From Eledone cirrhosa (taxonomy: Eukaryota), in contig OZ024748.1 in the NCBI GenBank assembly GCA_964016885.1, positions 16,120,001 through 16,184,000 of the forward strand: a stretch of DNA of 64,000 nucleotides, read 5' to 3'. Position numbers and translations under genes: made by a program. Shown here in pieces: positions 1-14,516 of this stretch (position 1 is the stretch's first letter; every line of letters starts with the position of its first letter). The notes beneath the pieces were generated by a model, which was given only the letters and a program-made list of their open reading frames with translations, did no database searches and was not told where the DNA came from.

Positions 1-215
1 TGTATGTATGCCTGACAAATATTTTATTTATACACATGCATGACATGTATGTATATATATATAGAGAGATTTTGAGTTTATGTTGGTTGTATACCAACAC
101 CTCAGTATGCAGGCTGGAGCACTCGACGAAGTGCGCAGGTTGGTTTGGTTACTCCGGAGTAGTGTAAAATAAAGTTAAATAAAAGTCAAATGATTAAAAT
201 TTAGCTTCGTTTATT

Positions 216-270
216 ACTGCTATATATATTTCAGTGACAGCCATCTTTGGCTGTGACCTCTTCAGGCAGT
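216..270 (-). ncRNA. Type I hammerhead ribozyme motif (minimal, Penelope-like/retrozyme type)
   Basis: Minus strand reads actgc CTGAAGA ggtcacagcca-aaga-tggctgtcact GAAA tatata TA gcagt: 5-bp stem I, intact core, long stem II, palindromic stem III. Lies in a non-coding segment (~65-384) bounded by (TA)n. Confidence 0.8.
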
Positions 271-381
271 TTGAATTAGTATGGTATAGACAAGTACATA
301 TGTTGTTTAGGTGTATGATATTGTCAATACTCTGATATGCCCAGTTCCTTGTTGGGTTGTTAATTCACTGGGGAACTGGAG

Positions 382-429
<48 letters not shown>

Positions 430-745
430 GAATTTAAACACGCACACACACACATATATGTATATATATATATATATATATATACGTATTTACACACCAA
501 CACATATATATATATATTCATATATATATATAGTATAAAATAATTCGTTTTCAAATAAGAAAACAGATAATTGTAGGTGAAGAAGTTATAAAGGTAAAAA
601 ATACGAGATTTATTAAAATAAAACGTACACAAGGCTACATACAAGTTTATAGGAAGGTATGAAATCATAATATAAACGATTATGAATTCACGTAGAGCAA
701 GAAATACTTTGAAAAATAAAACACTACTAACTATATCATATTTTA

Positions 746-801
746 ATTTACACATGTTTCATTCTTAATATTAAGAGCTTAATATGAGGCTTCCTCAGAA
801 T
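746..801 (-). ncRNA. Degenerate type I hammerhead motif
   Basis: Minus strand: att CTGAGGA agcctc-atattaa-gctc-ttaatat-taagaat GAAA catgtg TA aat. Core intact, but stem I is only 3 bp and the base of stem II pairs poorly. Confidence 0.45.
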
Positions 802-991
802 ACAATATAATTACCTTAACCACAACATTTCGTTCAAAAATATATCATACCAGAGCAATTTTGTTTACATTTAAAAAAATGCAGCATCATACTCGGAAAT
901 AGTACTTATCATATGTATAATTATTCACATGGGCACTCAAACGAATAGGCATTCATTGCATGCCTATATATCTATATATTTACATATACAT

Positions 992-1028
<37 letters not shown>

Positions 1029-1169
1029 CATATACATGTACATATCTATTTATATACACAGAGAGATATATATATTTGCATTTACAGATACATATATATA
1101 TATATATATATATACATACACATCTATCTACCTAACTGTCTCTCTCTCACTCTCTCATATATATATATA

Positions 1170-1537
1170 TATAATGACCTATAGTGACTTCTGGCGTCAT
1201 GCAGTAATACAGAGTACCCGACCTCCCATGGGTACAAGCTGAAGCATATAGACAATATGCCCCCACACCCCCCACCGCAAGGTGGTCGTGGAGGTGCCAC
1301 GGCAAAAAGCACCCAGCCCACACTGTAAAGTGGACGTGTAGGCGCCATGAAAAAGCACCCAGCACTCACTGTAAATGAGGTTGGTGTTAGGAAGGGCATC
1401 CAGCTGTAGAAATCAAGCCAGATCAGTTCCTGTATGAGCAAGGCATGGTCAGCCGACCAGACACTGCCCACAACAGGACAACCCGTCTAACCCATGCTAG
1501 AGTGGAAGAACGGACGTAAAACGGTGATGATGATGAT
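1170..1537 (+). mobile_element. RTE-type LINE 3' end / 3' UTR fragment with (ATG)n tail
   Basis: Contains the recurrent cactgtaaa..gttggtgttaggaagggcatccagctgtagaaa domain and ccgtctaacccatgctag..ggacgtaaaacg(atg)n tail shared with many copies in the window. Confidence 0.65.
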
Positions 1538-1776
1538 GAATGAGAGTTTGGCATCCAGCCATAGAAAGCTTACCACCCCCACACACATACCCATCCCATT
1601 CAAAAACCACCCATCTACTTATCTCCTGCCCCACTCACCTGGTCTTCCCTATTCTGTATTTCTGTCACTGAACATATAGTCTGGTCTTATGAACCTGTCA
1701 GTACACATGAAATTCCGAAGTAACAAGATGCATCACTAAGCCTTATAAAGAGTGTATATATATATATATATTTATA

Positions 1777-2480
1777 TCATCGTCATCATCATTATCGTTC
1801 AATGTCCATCTTCCACGTTAGCATGGGTTAGACGGTTTTGTTCCATTTTATGCAGGAATGGTCGGGAGACCATGTCTCACTCACACAGAAGCGTCTCTGG
1901 CAAGTTTTTACAGCTGGATGCCCTTCCTAATACCAACCACATTTACAGTATGGACTGGGAACGTTTTCCCTGTGTCTCCTACACAACCACCTTACAGTGT
2001 GGACTGTTGTGTCATCAATACACTGGACGGAATAGGAAAGGAAGGATGGGGTAGGGTGTGGCAGTGGGGTGTACATTGAGTTCAGAGGTGCCTACTGACT
2101 GTAGGTTTGTATCCAATGGTAGTTGGGTCTTCTGTACAACTGCATGGCATCAAAGGTCTCACTCCAGTGTCATTGTCTTAGAGAGGTGTAGGTGGGCAAG
2201 GTCAGTTTTTATCACCTCATCCCAGGTTTTTCTTGGTCTACCCACTCCACAGCTTTCATAAATTTTCATTGCCCTGCACTTTTATATACAGCTGTCGTCC
2301 TTCATACGCATCACATGTCCATACCAATGCAATCTCCTCTCCAGAACACAACATTTGATACCTCTTATGCTTAGTTTCTCTCTTAGTTCGTTTATGTTTC
2401 GCCTTTCGCACACTATTACACATCTATTGGAGCATGCAAGCTTCATTTTTTTCTAATCTATGCTGGTCTTCAGCACACAA
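1777..2480 (-). mobile_element. RTE-clade LINE 3' fragment (ORF C-terminus, 3' UTR and tail)
   Basis: Minus-strand translation near 2340-2130 gives RLHWYGHVMRMKDD...GRPRKTWDEVIKTDL with stops, typical of an RTE ORF end. Followed by the aggaagggcatccagctgta domain and (ATG)n tail. Confidence 0.75.
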
Positions 2481-2759
2481 TGTAATAATTATATATATAT
2501 ATATGAGTGTGTGTATGCATAATGTGTAATTTTATTGGTCACCCCTTCTTTATTCATACACTTATATATATGTATATATCTTAACCTAAATATGCATATA
2601 TATGAATAACATGTGTGTATGCATACATGCATACAAACATAGCTCTGTCTAAATGTGTGTGTTTGTACAAATATATATACATAGAAACATAGCTTTACCT
2701 AAATATATATATATATATATGTGTGTATGTGTGTATATATATATAACATCGATACATAA

Positions 2760-4170
2760 CCCTTCACCCACCACCACAACTTTACCACCACCACAACTTT
2801 ACCAACACCACAACTCCACCACCACAACTCCACCACCACAACTTCACCACCACCACAACTTCACCACCACCACAACTCCACCACTACCACAACTCCACCA
2901 CTACAACTTCACCACCACCACAACTCCACCACCACCACAACTTTACCACCACCACAACTTTACCAACACCACAACTCCACCACCACAACTCCACCACCAC
3001 AACTTCACCACCACCACAACTTTACCACCACCACAACTTTACCAACACCACAACTCCACCACCACAACTTCACCACCACCACAACTTTACCACCACCACA
3101 ACTTTACCAACACCACAACTCCACCACCACAACTCCACCACCACAACTTCACCACCACCACAACTTTACCACCTCCACAACTTTACCAACACCACAACTC
3201 CACCACCACAACTTCACCACCACCACAACTTTACCAACACCACAACTCCACCACCACAACTTCACCACCACCAAAACTTTACCACCACCACAACTCCACC
3301 ACCACAACTTCACCACCACCACAACTTCACCAACACCCCAGCTTCACCACCACTACAACTTCACCACCACCACAACTCCACCACCACCACAACTCCACCA
3401 CCACCACAACTTCACCACCACAACTTCACTACCACCACAACTCCACCACCACCACAGCTTCACCACCACCACAACTTTACCACCACCACAACTTCACCAC
3501 CACCACAACTTCACCAACACCACAGCTTCACCACCACTACAACTTCACCACCACCACAACTCCACCACCACCACAACTTCACCACCACAACTTCACTACC
3601 ACCACAACTCCACCACGACCACAGCTTCACCACCACCACAACTTTACCACCACCACAACTCCACCACCACAACTCCACCACCACAACTTCACCACCACCA
3701 CAACTTCACCAACACCACAGCTTCACCACCACTACAACTTCACCACCACCACAACTCCACCACCACCACAACTTCACCACCACAACTTCACTACCACCAC
3801 AACTCCACCACCACCACAGCTTCACCACCACCACAACTTTACCACCACCACAACTCCACCACCACAACTTCACCACCACCACAACTTCACCAACACCACA
3901 GCTTCACCACCACTACAACTTCACCACCACCACAACTCCACCACCACCACAACTTCACCACCACAACTTCACCAACACCACAGCTTCACCACCACCACAA
4001 CTTTACCAACACCACAACTCCACCACCACAACTTCACCACCACCACAACTTCACCACCACCACAACTCCACCACCACCACAACTTCACCACCACAACTTC
4101 ACTACCACCACAACTCCACCACCACAACTTCGCCACCACCACTACCACAACTGCAGCAGCAGCACCACCA
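2760..4170. repeat. Complex (ACC)-rich minisatellite (ccaccacaacttca units)
   Basis: About 1.4 kb of degenerate 15-21 bp units; explains the 512-aa low-complexity ORF. Confidence 0.95.
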
Positions 4171-4674
4171 ACAAAAAAACAAAAAGACTAAATGAAGTAG
4201 TTTCTCAATTGACTTGTATTCCTTTACTCAGTCTTAAAATATCTCTATATTACCTGATGAGGTGTTAGCAATGTTACCAAATTGCCAGTCCCCCAGGGAC
4301 CAACCCTGTACATGATGGATATGGTAGAAAGATGTACATGGAGTTATTAAAAGCTGACCCTCAGCAAACCATTAATAGATTTTCTTACTTAGCTCTGCTT
4401 TTAAAACCAATTGGTTTCTATAAGCTTGTCACAGAAAACAAAAATAATTTCTCATTTTAGACATTATGTCAATGTGATTATCTGTGCCTGTCTGTGTGTG
4501 TGTGAGAGAGTGTGTGTGTGTTTCTATTTGCATATATATTTATATATATGCGTAAATGTTATATGTACTAATATTCATATCTAAGGCACAAGCTCAGGCA
4601 AGGTGATTTTGTGGAAAACCAATAGTTGCCCATGCATACCAGTTTCCCCTCTCCATGCTACTGATGTTGTCCTG

Positions 4675-4831
4675 CCTGTGTGAGTGTGTGTGTGTGCCTG
4701 TGTGTGTGTGTGCCTGTGTGTGTGCCTGTGTGTGTGTGTGCCTGTGTGTGTGCCTGTGTGTGTGTGCCTGTGTGTGTGTGTGTGCATGTGTGTGTGCCTG
4801 TGTGTGTGTGTGTGTGTCTGTGTGTGTGTGT
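4675..4831. repeat. (GT)n / gtgtgtgcct compound microsatellite
   Basis: Direct reading. Confidence 0.95.
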
Positions 4832-4924
4832 ACCTGTCCTTGACATTAAAACTAATGTATTACACAGTATATATATACTATATATGCATTATATATACAC
4901 TATAATGTACACTATGTATACACT

Positions 4925-5250
4925 ATATATGATGTTGTCCAAGGAAAAGGCAAAGGCTTGGTACCAGCGATGTCGCAACTCATTTCTACAATTAAGTGAA
5001 CTGGATCAAACTAAATAAAGTGTCTTGCTCAAGGATATTTATCATCCGGTCTGGGAATAAGACTCATAACTTGCTCAATGATACATCACCCAGTCTGGGA
5101 ATCAGTCTCATAAATTGCTCAAGGATATATTACCCGGTCTCAGAATTAGGCTCATAACTTGCTCAAGGATATATCTACCAATATGGAAATCAGACTCATG
5201 ACTTCGTGATTTAAAGCCCAACACTCTAACCACTAAGCCATGTGCCTTCA
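4925..5250 (-). mobile_element. tRNA-derived SINE (family B) with internal ~46-bp tandem expansion
   Basis: Minus-strand head ggcacatggcttagtggttagagtgttgg and core ccttgagcaagacacttt; a ttgctcaaggata... unit recurs about 4 times at 5025-5200. Confidence 0.65.
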
Positions 5251-6228
5251 TGAACTAAGTAGAATATAATATAAAATATATGCAATGTAACCAAAATATT
5301 GACAGTTCCACGACTCAAAGACTTACTGATATTCCTGTAATGACTGTTTACTAATGTTAGTTTGATATCAATAACTATATGTATCATTATCATCATCATT
5401 TAACATCCGCTTGTTCCTGATACACACACGCACACACACACACACACACACATATATACATATGTACATATATATCATACACAGAACCCAATGTCTTAGA
5501 AGAACCTTAACATATTCTTCTTTGCTCTAACCTTCCAAAAGATTTCCTTTTTGTTTTTTTTATCGGAATGACATAAAGGAGAATTATTATTACTATTATT
5601 ATCATTATTATTATTATTATTATCATTATTATTGTTGTTGTTGTTACCAGTGCATCTCCTTCATTTCCATCTTGTTCAGTCTTCTTGTATTTTCTGTTCA
5701 GTAAATTTAACAAGACATGTTGCATTACTTGCTAAAGAAAGAAAATAAAAACAAAACTCCCCCAAAAACAAACCCTACCAAAAAAAATACAAAAAAATAA
5801 AATAAAATAAAATAAAGACCCCCAACAAACATACAAAACTAAAAACAAAAACAAATAAAAACAAATATAAACAATAAAAAAAATAACCCCAATTGCTTTC
5901 AGATATAATTTGCTGCATACTTAGAGAAATATGTTTGGAAATAACATTAGTTTTACTTATTCTTTGAGGGTTGTAAAAACATCTTTGTTTGCATGAGTTC
6001 TCAAACATATTCCATGTTTTCCAATAAACATTTCGAACAGACAGAATGCCTATAGAGATATGTTCTTTATAAATATATTTAAAAATCTAAGACAACCAGT
6101 CTTCATATATATGTATAGATGTGTGTGTGTGTGTGTATGCATTATATATATATATATTATATATATATATTATATATATATTATATATATATATATTATA
6201 TATATATATATATAATATATATATATAT

Positions 6229-6264
<36 letters not shown>

Positions 6265-7911
6265 AATATAAACATATATATACAAATATATATATATATA
6301 CATATATATATACAAATATATATATATATATATATATAAATGTTATTAGAGCATATATGAGAATAATCTAATTTTCCAAAAGTGCACAGTATCTTATAAT
6401 TTGATGCTGCTGACAATATATATTTATAATAGCAAACTGTTTTAGAGATCAAAAACATACAGCTTGCTACGTGACCTTGCTAATAAAACAATGGTCTTTT
6501 GTTTGTTGTTTATTGTGTTTCAAGGAAGGGTTGTTAATCTTCAATCAATCATTGGGCATTGGCTTCAGATCTAATGATTGATTTCAATGTTTATTGATGA
6601 GATTTTATTGAAATTTCTTACATACAAATTTGGATATACTGATTAAGGAGATAAGCTGAAAGCTAGAGCAGAAACCAGAAAAGATGAGCAGAGATTTGAG
6701 CCATAATTTGAGCACCAGCTCTGACCCATAGATGGGACAGTGTTATGGTCTAGGATGGAAACACTCAATGAACCTCTGAGCATCAGTTCTGACCTCCACC
6801 AATGAGATGGTGTTACAGGTCAGTATTGAAACATTTGATGAATGTTGAAAGATATCTGATGGCATCTTAACCTCCTCCCAGTCAAGGGTATATTCACTGA
6901 AGTATCTTATTTAAGATATATTTATACTTCTTAAGGATAACCATTCATCTTAACTGTATGGAAGTGAGATGTGGATACTCAACACCATCACTACAGAGAT
7001 ACTTGCTTTTGCCCAATATAAAATGGAGCGAATCATGCTTGACTTCACCTTATGCGACAGTAACAGCAACACCTAGATTCAAAAGCTGACTGGAGACCAT
7101 CAAGAAGTAAGTAGATGTGAAGCAAAATCCATGAATATTTTCAGGTTCCCTGAGACTGATGAGAGAATAAGGGAACAAGTTATCAACCAGGACATCTTGT
7201 TCCAATACTTACAAAAGAATGGAACGCCACTAAAGGCATTGAAGTGTTAGAGAGTGGTGTAGTTGCAACGTCACTTGTGCCAAGCTGTATCAGCCATTAC
7301 CTTTCCCTTCGACAACATCAGTGGCGTGGAGAGAGAGGAGACTGGCATACATGGGAGACTGCTGGTTTTCCACAAACAATCTTGCCCGGACTTGTGTCTC
7401 AGAGGGGAAATCTTTTGGTGAAAATCCTATGGTTATTAGTGACCAAGAACACCTCTAAAGACATTGAAGTGTTAGACAGTCGTGTAATAATAAGTGATAG
7501 CTTACAAAGACTAACACCTCCACACAAAAAGAAACAAAAGAACAAATCGATATAACCAGATTTTTCTGCAAGAAATCTCTATAGTGTCTGTCTGATCAGT
7601 AAACATTGAAACGAGGTTTAAAAGTCTTTAATATAATGTAAGCAATCTTATCAGTGTCTCACTGATCAAGTAATATAGGCTTGTTGATTATCCCTCTTAT
7701 TTATCCACTTGAATGTTTAATGACTTCATTTGACTGTCTAATACTTGTCTGTTTATTATGTAGATAGATTTCACAGATTTCCCTTCTTTTATTTCATGGC
7801 CATTTGTGAGTGGATTCTAACACCATAATATAATCAACATTATGAAACAATCTACCAATGAGTTATTTATCATTTTGCTTGACTGTGTGTGTGTATATAT
7901 ATATATATATA

Positions 7912-8102
7912 CGAGGGCAATCCCAAAAGTAAGGTCTCCTTCCAATATTGCAACTTCCGATATTGCAACTTTTCCATTAAAATCCTGTGGATGGTGCTTC
8001 GGGAAACCTCAGGAACCAAATTGCAGAGAGCATCCAGAGTGATCCACCGATCTTTACGCATGTTTTCCTCGGAAGGAGACCTTACTTTTGGGATTACCCT
8101 CG
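7912..8102 (-). mobile_element. Mariner-derived miniature element (32-bp TIRs, TA flanks) retaining a transposase HTH fragment
   Basis: TIRs at 7912-7943 and 8071-8102 (1 mismatch). Interior translates on the minus strand as EENMRKDRWITLDALCNLVPEVSRSTIHRILMEKLQYRK, resembling the second HTH of mariner transposases. Confidence 0.85.
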
Positions 8103-8104
8103 TA

Positions 8105-8310
8105 TATAACAAAGAAGGTGTGGTAAGATACCAGGTGGATGATAATGCACCTGAGTACTCAATACTTGGGGTAGTAGGGTGGGTAATAAGAAATAATTCA
8201 CAGCCCTAACGGCTGAGCTCCAGCCGTTTAGACAGCTAGATCCATTGAGTTCGGATCTAACTGTCAAAACAGCCAGAGCTCAGCCACCGAGGTCCTGAAT
8301 TTTTTCTTAT
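8105..8310. mobile_element. Short TA-flanked palindromic element (putative Penelope-like remnant); relatives at ~44662-44800 and ~45230-45322
   Basis: Imperfect inverted arms 8186-8243 / 8253-8310 plus a one-sided extension; taacaaag..gtaagataccaggtgga shared with the other copies. Confidence 0.55.
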
Positions 8311-8379
8311 ATATATATAATTGTTATAGATTAATGTTTTGTCTCTTGACTCTTATTCCACTGGACAGCGTTTGGCTAA

Positions 8380-8545
8380 TATCAGATGCAGTGACTCTGG
8401 GTGGACCAGCAGTGCCGTTGGTGTGAACTGGAGTAACATGGAGTAAAGTGTCTTGCTCAACGACACAATATACCGCATCACAGTGAATCAACCTCATGAC
8501 CTCACGATCAAGGGTTGAACACACTAACCACTAAGCCATGCACAT
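8380..8545 (-). mobile_element. tRNA-derived SINE (family B), degenerate
   Basis: Minus strand gcatggcttagtggttagtgtgttc...ttgagcaagacacttt. Confidence 0.6.
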
Positions 8546-9545
8546 TTACATTGATATTTACATTAGACACAAAGCCATATATATTGTGAGAAAAGGAAAC
8601 AGTCAACTATATAAACTCTGCTAAATGAATTTAGCTTCATTTATCAACATTGGAAGGATGAAATATAAAGTTGACAATGTCAGATTTGTTAACTACTCTA
8701 ATGATTCTGTAAAGAAATGCCTAACTTTATGAATAAGCAGCTAACGTTTTTCTGATCATTGAACATGTCTTTTATCAAGCTGTAATGTGGACAGCAAAAA
8801 TAAAACAATCTGTTTTCCGTGAACCTTTTTCTTACAATATTTATAATAAAAGCGTATGGGCTAGTAGTCAGGGTCCTGGGTTCAATTCCATTGTGTTCTG
8901 AAGCAAATACTTTATTTCTCATTGATCCTTCTGTCAGAAGTTTCAACCAGTAGAAAGTATCAGCAATGGAAAGATCAATGGAAACATTATTTCCTTGATC
9001 TGATCTGATGGTCAGATCCTTTCCTTTCCTCTCTAATAAAAGACACTGCTTGTAATTTGCAAATGCTTTTGAGAATAATAAAGAACTTGAAGGGATTTCC
9101 GTTATTAAACTGGTGTTTGGAATAAAATTATGATGGAAGGTTTTTAGATATATCCAAACATTTTAAAACGTATATTTAAAAAAAAAACGTGTAATATTTT
9201 TTTTTTAAATCATAGAGATAGAGATGGTTTCATATGGTTTAGTATCAAAAAGATTAATAACTTAGTTAGATGAGTAATGACAGTGCTTATGAATATTTCC
9301 TGAGGTCTGCAAGCTTAGTGGGATGAATCTAAGGAATTACCCCCCAGACTTGAAATTTGGCCTGACTGCTGGCAACAGAGCAGACTTTACTGAAGGCATC
9401 CAAGGACCAGTTTTGATGTGAAACCAAGTAATTGATTAAGCCTACCACTGAAGAACAGGAACCATCTTTCTGGTTCCCATAGTGGGTTCTGCAATGAAGT
9501 GCCTGGGGTTCCATGAAAAAAGGTAGAGGAGTATATTTATATTAT

Positions 9546-9730
9546 TTTCTACTTTTGGCACAAGGCCAGCAACTACCCCAGTGCATTACTAGTACTTTAT
9601 TTTATCGACCCCATAAGGATGAAAAACAAAGTTAATCTCGGAGGGATTTGAACTCAGAACGTAAAGGGCCATAACTCTGTGCTGCAAAGCATGGTATCTG
9701 ACATTCTACCGATACTGTCAATCCACTGCC
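9546..9730 (-). mobile_element. tRNA-derived SINE (family A)
   Basis: Reverse complement of the family consensus: B-box-like gagttcaaatcc, core tttcatccttatggggtcgataaaataaagtac, tail tgctggccttgtgccaaaagtagaaa. Confidence 0.85.
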
Positions 9731-9732
9731 TG

Positions 9733-9780
<48 letters not shown>

Positions 9781-9864
9781 AAAGGTAAACAGAAATAACA
9801 ACATAATCGGTGCAGTATATGGAAGGGATATATTAGGTTAACGATTGATATAGCAGGAAGAAGG

Positions 9865-9900
9865 TCTTAACGTTTTAGACGCTAGTCCTTCATCAGAAGA
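9865..9900 (-). ncRNA. Decayed hammerhead-like motif (GAAA changed to AAAA); second copy at 29275-29310
   Basis: Minus strand tctt CTGATGA aggac-tagc-gtct AAAA cgtt aaga. Lies in a TA-adjacent element (~9773-9950) also present at ~29183-29345. Confidence 0.45.
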
Positions 9901-10739
9901 AAGAATGAGAAATAAGATAGATTGAGGGCACGGGCGGGTTGGAATTGGAAAAAATGTCTTTAGATAATATAACAGTATTAGACTTTAGTGTTCCCCAAAA
10001 GGTTTCTGATCCAAAATGGGTTCCATGTTTGAAAAGGCTTGGGAAACCTTGTGGTAGACTATTATGTGGTTTCCTTTTCTGTCTATAGAATTTTGGTCAA
10101 ACTGAGGTCATGAGAGAATAGAAGACAACTGCCCCAGGAACTGCACCACAGCCCATGATGGAATGGAACACCACATATATTTGGGAAGTGAATATCTCAA
10201 CCAAACTATGATGACTGTAAAAAGGGCTGTCAAATTGTCAGTAGAATTTCTAGAAAATACGTTTTTTTGTATCCATGTGGAATAGTGAAAAAGAAAGATG
10301 ATGATAACACATAAAATCATATATATATGCGCACACACACACACATATATATGAGTGTGTATGTGTGTGTGTGTATATATATATATAAATATATATATAT
10401 ATATGTGTATATATATATATATATATGTGTGTGTATATATATATATATGTGTATATATGAATGAATATGTATATGTAATACTCTTTCTCTATGTTGTTCC
10501 ATCTCTTCTGTTAGTTTTTTTTTTTTTGTTTTATCAAACAACTGAAGATTATCTCATATATGTACATCGCATCACAGCTCGAAAATGTCTTCTATATTTC
10601 ATGTACTTTTCAATCAAAGACAGTGTGCATGTTATGTGCTTTGTAAATCTGTAATTTTTTAAATACATACACACACATATAGATTACTTATCTATATATA
10701 CACACAGAGACTCACACAATCAGACATACACACACACAC

Positions 10740-10774
<35 letters not shown>

Positions 10775-11211
10775 TATAAACATATATATAATTATATTTA
10801 AATTTATATATTTATATATATATTTAAATATATATATATATTTATATATACATAGATATTTAAATTATATATATACATATAAATATATAATTTAAGTATC
10901 TATCTATATATATATATATATTTATATACATAAATACTTAAATATTATATGTATATATATATATATATGTGTGTGTATATATGTATGTATGTACGTATCC
11001 ATCTTTACATTAGATATTTCTGACTTTCTTTCTTCAATAAATTTTTGGCTCCGATTTTTTTTCCTTCCCATTTTCTCGGTTTCTCTGAGACTAACTTTGA
11101 GAGGAGATAAAAATCTTTGCACTGCAATATGATGTTCTAAAGATAATCCAAATATTCCATCTTTTGGCATCTTTTATTAATAATTTCATTATTATTATTA
11201 TTATTAATATT

Positions 11212-11261
<50 letters not shown>

Positions 11262-11849
11262 TGTGTTTATTTATCTTAGTTTATTTATATATATGTTTTT
11301 ACATGGATTTACTAATTTCTTTTTTTTTTTTTTTTTTGAAAGCTTAACTTTTAGGGATCGGCAAATATTTGGTAACGCTACATAAAACAAAAACACAAAA
11401 AAAAATAAACATCAACAACAACACAATAAATTGGTTGATTTGCTGGAAAATTGAAAACAAACAAAATAAAAAACAACAAAATACTATAAAAAATATAATA
11501 AAAAGCAATAAAAAATGAAAAAAACTGTAAACAAATGTTTTGTGTTTTTTTGTTTTTAAAGCTTTTGAACGATGAGAAGAGAATGAAGAGGATTCATTGT
11601 TTTTATGAATTTTATGTTGTTCCATCATCATGGATTATTGTGCTTCTTATGGCTGGGTTTCTTAGGGTAGAAGTTCAAAACCTCTCTGCAACTTAGTAAT
11701 GTAAAATGATTAATGAATTTTGTTTTATATTGTATTATGTAATGTTTTTTGGAGGGTGTTTTTTTTATTTTTTTAAAATCTTATGTTGTAATTTTTTCTC
11801 AACATTTCCATTCTTCTTCTTTTTTCATTTTTTCTTTTATATATATTTA

Positions 11850-11877
11850 TATAAATATATATATATATACATACATC

Positions 11878-11933
<56 letters not shown>

Positions 11934-11976
11934 CAATCATATATATATACATACAATCATATATATATATATACAT

Positions 11977-12035
<59 letters not shown>

Positions 12036-12040
12036 CATTC

Positions 12041-12073
<33 letters not shown>

Positions 12074-12227
12074 CATACATCCATATATATATATATATAT
12101 ACATCTATATATATATATATTTATATACATATATATATATACATACATCTATATATATTTATATACATACATCCATATATTTATAGATATATGCATACAT
12201 CCATATATTTATATATATATGCATACA

Positions 12228-12281
<54 letters not shown>

Positions 12282-12336
12282 CATCCATATATATATATAT
12301 ATACATCCATCCATATATATATATATATACATCCAT

Positions 12337-12372
<36 letters not shown>

Positions 12373-12470
12373 TTATCCATATACATATATATATATACAC
12401 ACACACATATACACACACACATACATACTCATACACGTACACAGACACACATATACACACACACATATAT
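11850..12470. repeat. (TA)n-rich compound microsatellite
   Basis: Direct reading; source of several spurious YI-repeat ORFs. Confidence 0.95.
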
Positions 12471-13164
12471 ATTTGCAAACTAAAACTAAAACTCCATGGA
12501 TAAAAGCTAATGTTCTTTTATCTCCAGCCTCCATACTAACATTGTTACAAAACAACCAAAATCCCTAAATCCCTTTAATGAAATCAGTTTGTAAGAAGAA
12601 TAAGGTTGCAGTAAAATATCTGACAAAGGACTTAAGCGGAAACTGAACCAGAATTTAATCCCTAATTTAATCAAACCAACCAGAGTTTTAGGTAGCAAAT
12701 TGACAGAGCTTTTGTTTCTGTCTTCATAACCCTTATGATACCAATGGCATGATACCAATTGACAGAGTTGTTAGAGCATTGGAATAAATATCTTGTGGTA
12801 TTTAATCCAGTTGTCTGTATTCAGAGTTCAAATCCCACTAAAGACAACTTTGAATTTCGTTCTTTTATGAGGGTCTAAGTCAATTACCAGTTTCCAAGAT
12901 GGTGAATTGGCAGGATTCTTAAATTGTTGAATGGGATGTTTTGTGGTCCCTGTTTTAGCTCTGTGTGTTTTAAGTCCTTTGTCTTATGAACCGATGTTGT
13001 ATTCAGTATTATACCAAGTCTAATATTCCAAAACTGATATTTTACTGGTATTTCTAGAATAAAGATTGACCGCATAGTCTTTATTTTCTCATGAACCAAT
13101 CTGATGTATCCACTGTTATTCCAAGTTTAGTTTAAAAAGCAAAAAAAAAAAAGAAGAAAAAAGT

Positions 13165-13690
13165 GGTATTTTGGCTGCTATTTCTAGCATATGAATGATC
13201 ACATAGAAACTCGCTTGACTTGTGAACCAACATATCCCAAATATGATGAATTGCTGCTCTTTCAAACATGTAGAATGACCACATAGAGTCTCCCCTGGCC
13301 CGTGAACCAACATACCCCTAAAACTAACAAAGTGCTGCTATTTTTAGCATATCAATCATCCACATAGAGTCTCCTTTGGCTCATGAACTAACATATTTCA
13401 TAAAACTAAAAGGTTGCTGCTATTTCTAGCACGTAGAATGATCACATAAGTCTCCTTTGGCTCATGAATGAACATACTCCCAAATATGATAAATCGCTGC
13501 TATTTCCAGCATGTCGAATGACTATATAGTCTTCCTTGGCTCATGAATGAACATGCTCCCCCAAAAATGATAAATTGTTGCTATTTCTAGGATGTAGAAT
13601 GACTACACAGTCTCCCTTGGTTCATGAAGCAACATACTCCCCAAAACTAACAAATTGCTGCTATTTCTAGCATATCAATCGTCCACATAT
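13165..13690. repeat. Minisatellite, ~80-bp unit, about 7 copies
   Basis: Recurrent gctgctatttctagcat..aatgaccacatagagtctcc..ggctcatgaa..aacata..cccaaaa. Confidence 0.85.
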
Positions 13691-14114
13691 AAGTACCTTT
13701 TGTTAGCTCCTGAAAGCAATATGTAGTATTCACTGTTATTCCAAGTTTAGTTTCCCCAAAACTGATATTACATCAAATACAATATTGAGACAAGAATGAT
13801 GTATTGGTGCCAATGTCTGTTCAATTGTTATTCACAACAATAAATCCAAGTTAGATATGAAAACGAATGTGATTTCTATGAAAGTTAAGTTCAGTCCAAA
13901 CTTTATTACTTTTATTTATAATGAAACTGGTGGGCTCTGCTGTCTGGGACATAAATTCTCTGTTTTATTTCATTACTTAATTTTATATACATACATACAT
14001 ACATATGCATATATATATATATATATATAAAAATATATATATATATGCATATGTATACACACACACTATCATCATTGTTGTTTTACATCCGCTTTCCTTG
14101 CTAGCAAACATTGA

Positions 14115-14156
<42 letters not shown>

Positions 14157-14232
14157 AATATATATATATATATGTGTGTGTATATATATGTGTGTGTGTG
14201 TGAATATATATATATATATATATATATGCGTG

Positions 14233-14267
<35 letters not shown>

Positions 14268-14516
14268 ATATATACATATATATATATAAGGGTGTAATTA
14301 CTTCCACTTTATGTAGCTTCAGATGTAATTATTCTATTTTTTCTTTAGCTCCAGAAACAATGCTAAGTTTATACTCAGTTCATATAATGCACACACAATA
14401 ATTATTCAAGTTAATTTTATTTTTATCCCAAAAATTTCAATTAAGATATATAACCCTTACAAGCAGGAAAAAGCAGACATAAAAGAATGATGATGATAAC
14501 ATTTACAACAACAAAA

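Noticed and set aside
2653-4191. 512-aa T/P/H-rich ORF
   Set aside because: Translation of an (ACC)-rich minisatellite that lacks stops by composition; it starts in a TA microsatellite.
6840-7240. Possible very old RTE fragment (LYGSEMWILN-like)
   Set aside because: Only one short motif is recognisable; too decayed to call.
11559-11693. Possible small exon with a signal-peptide-like stretch (MKRIHCFYEFYVVPSSWIIVLLMAGFLRV)
   Set aside because: An acceptor-like site is present, but there is no recognisable homology or clear donor; it needs RNA-seq.
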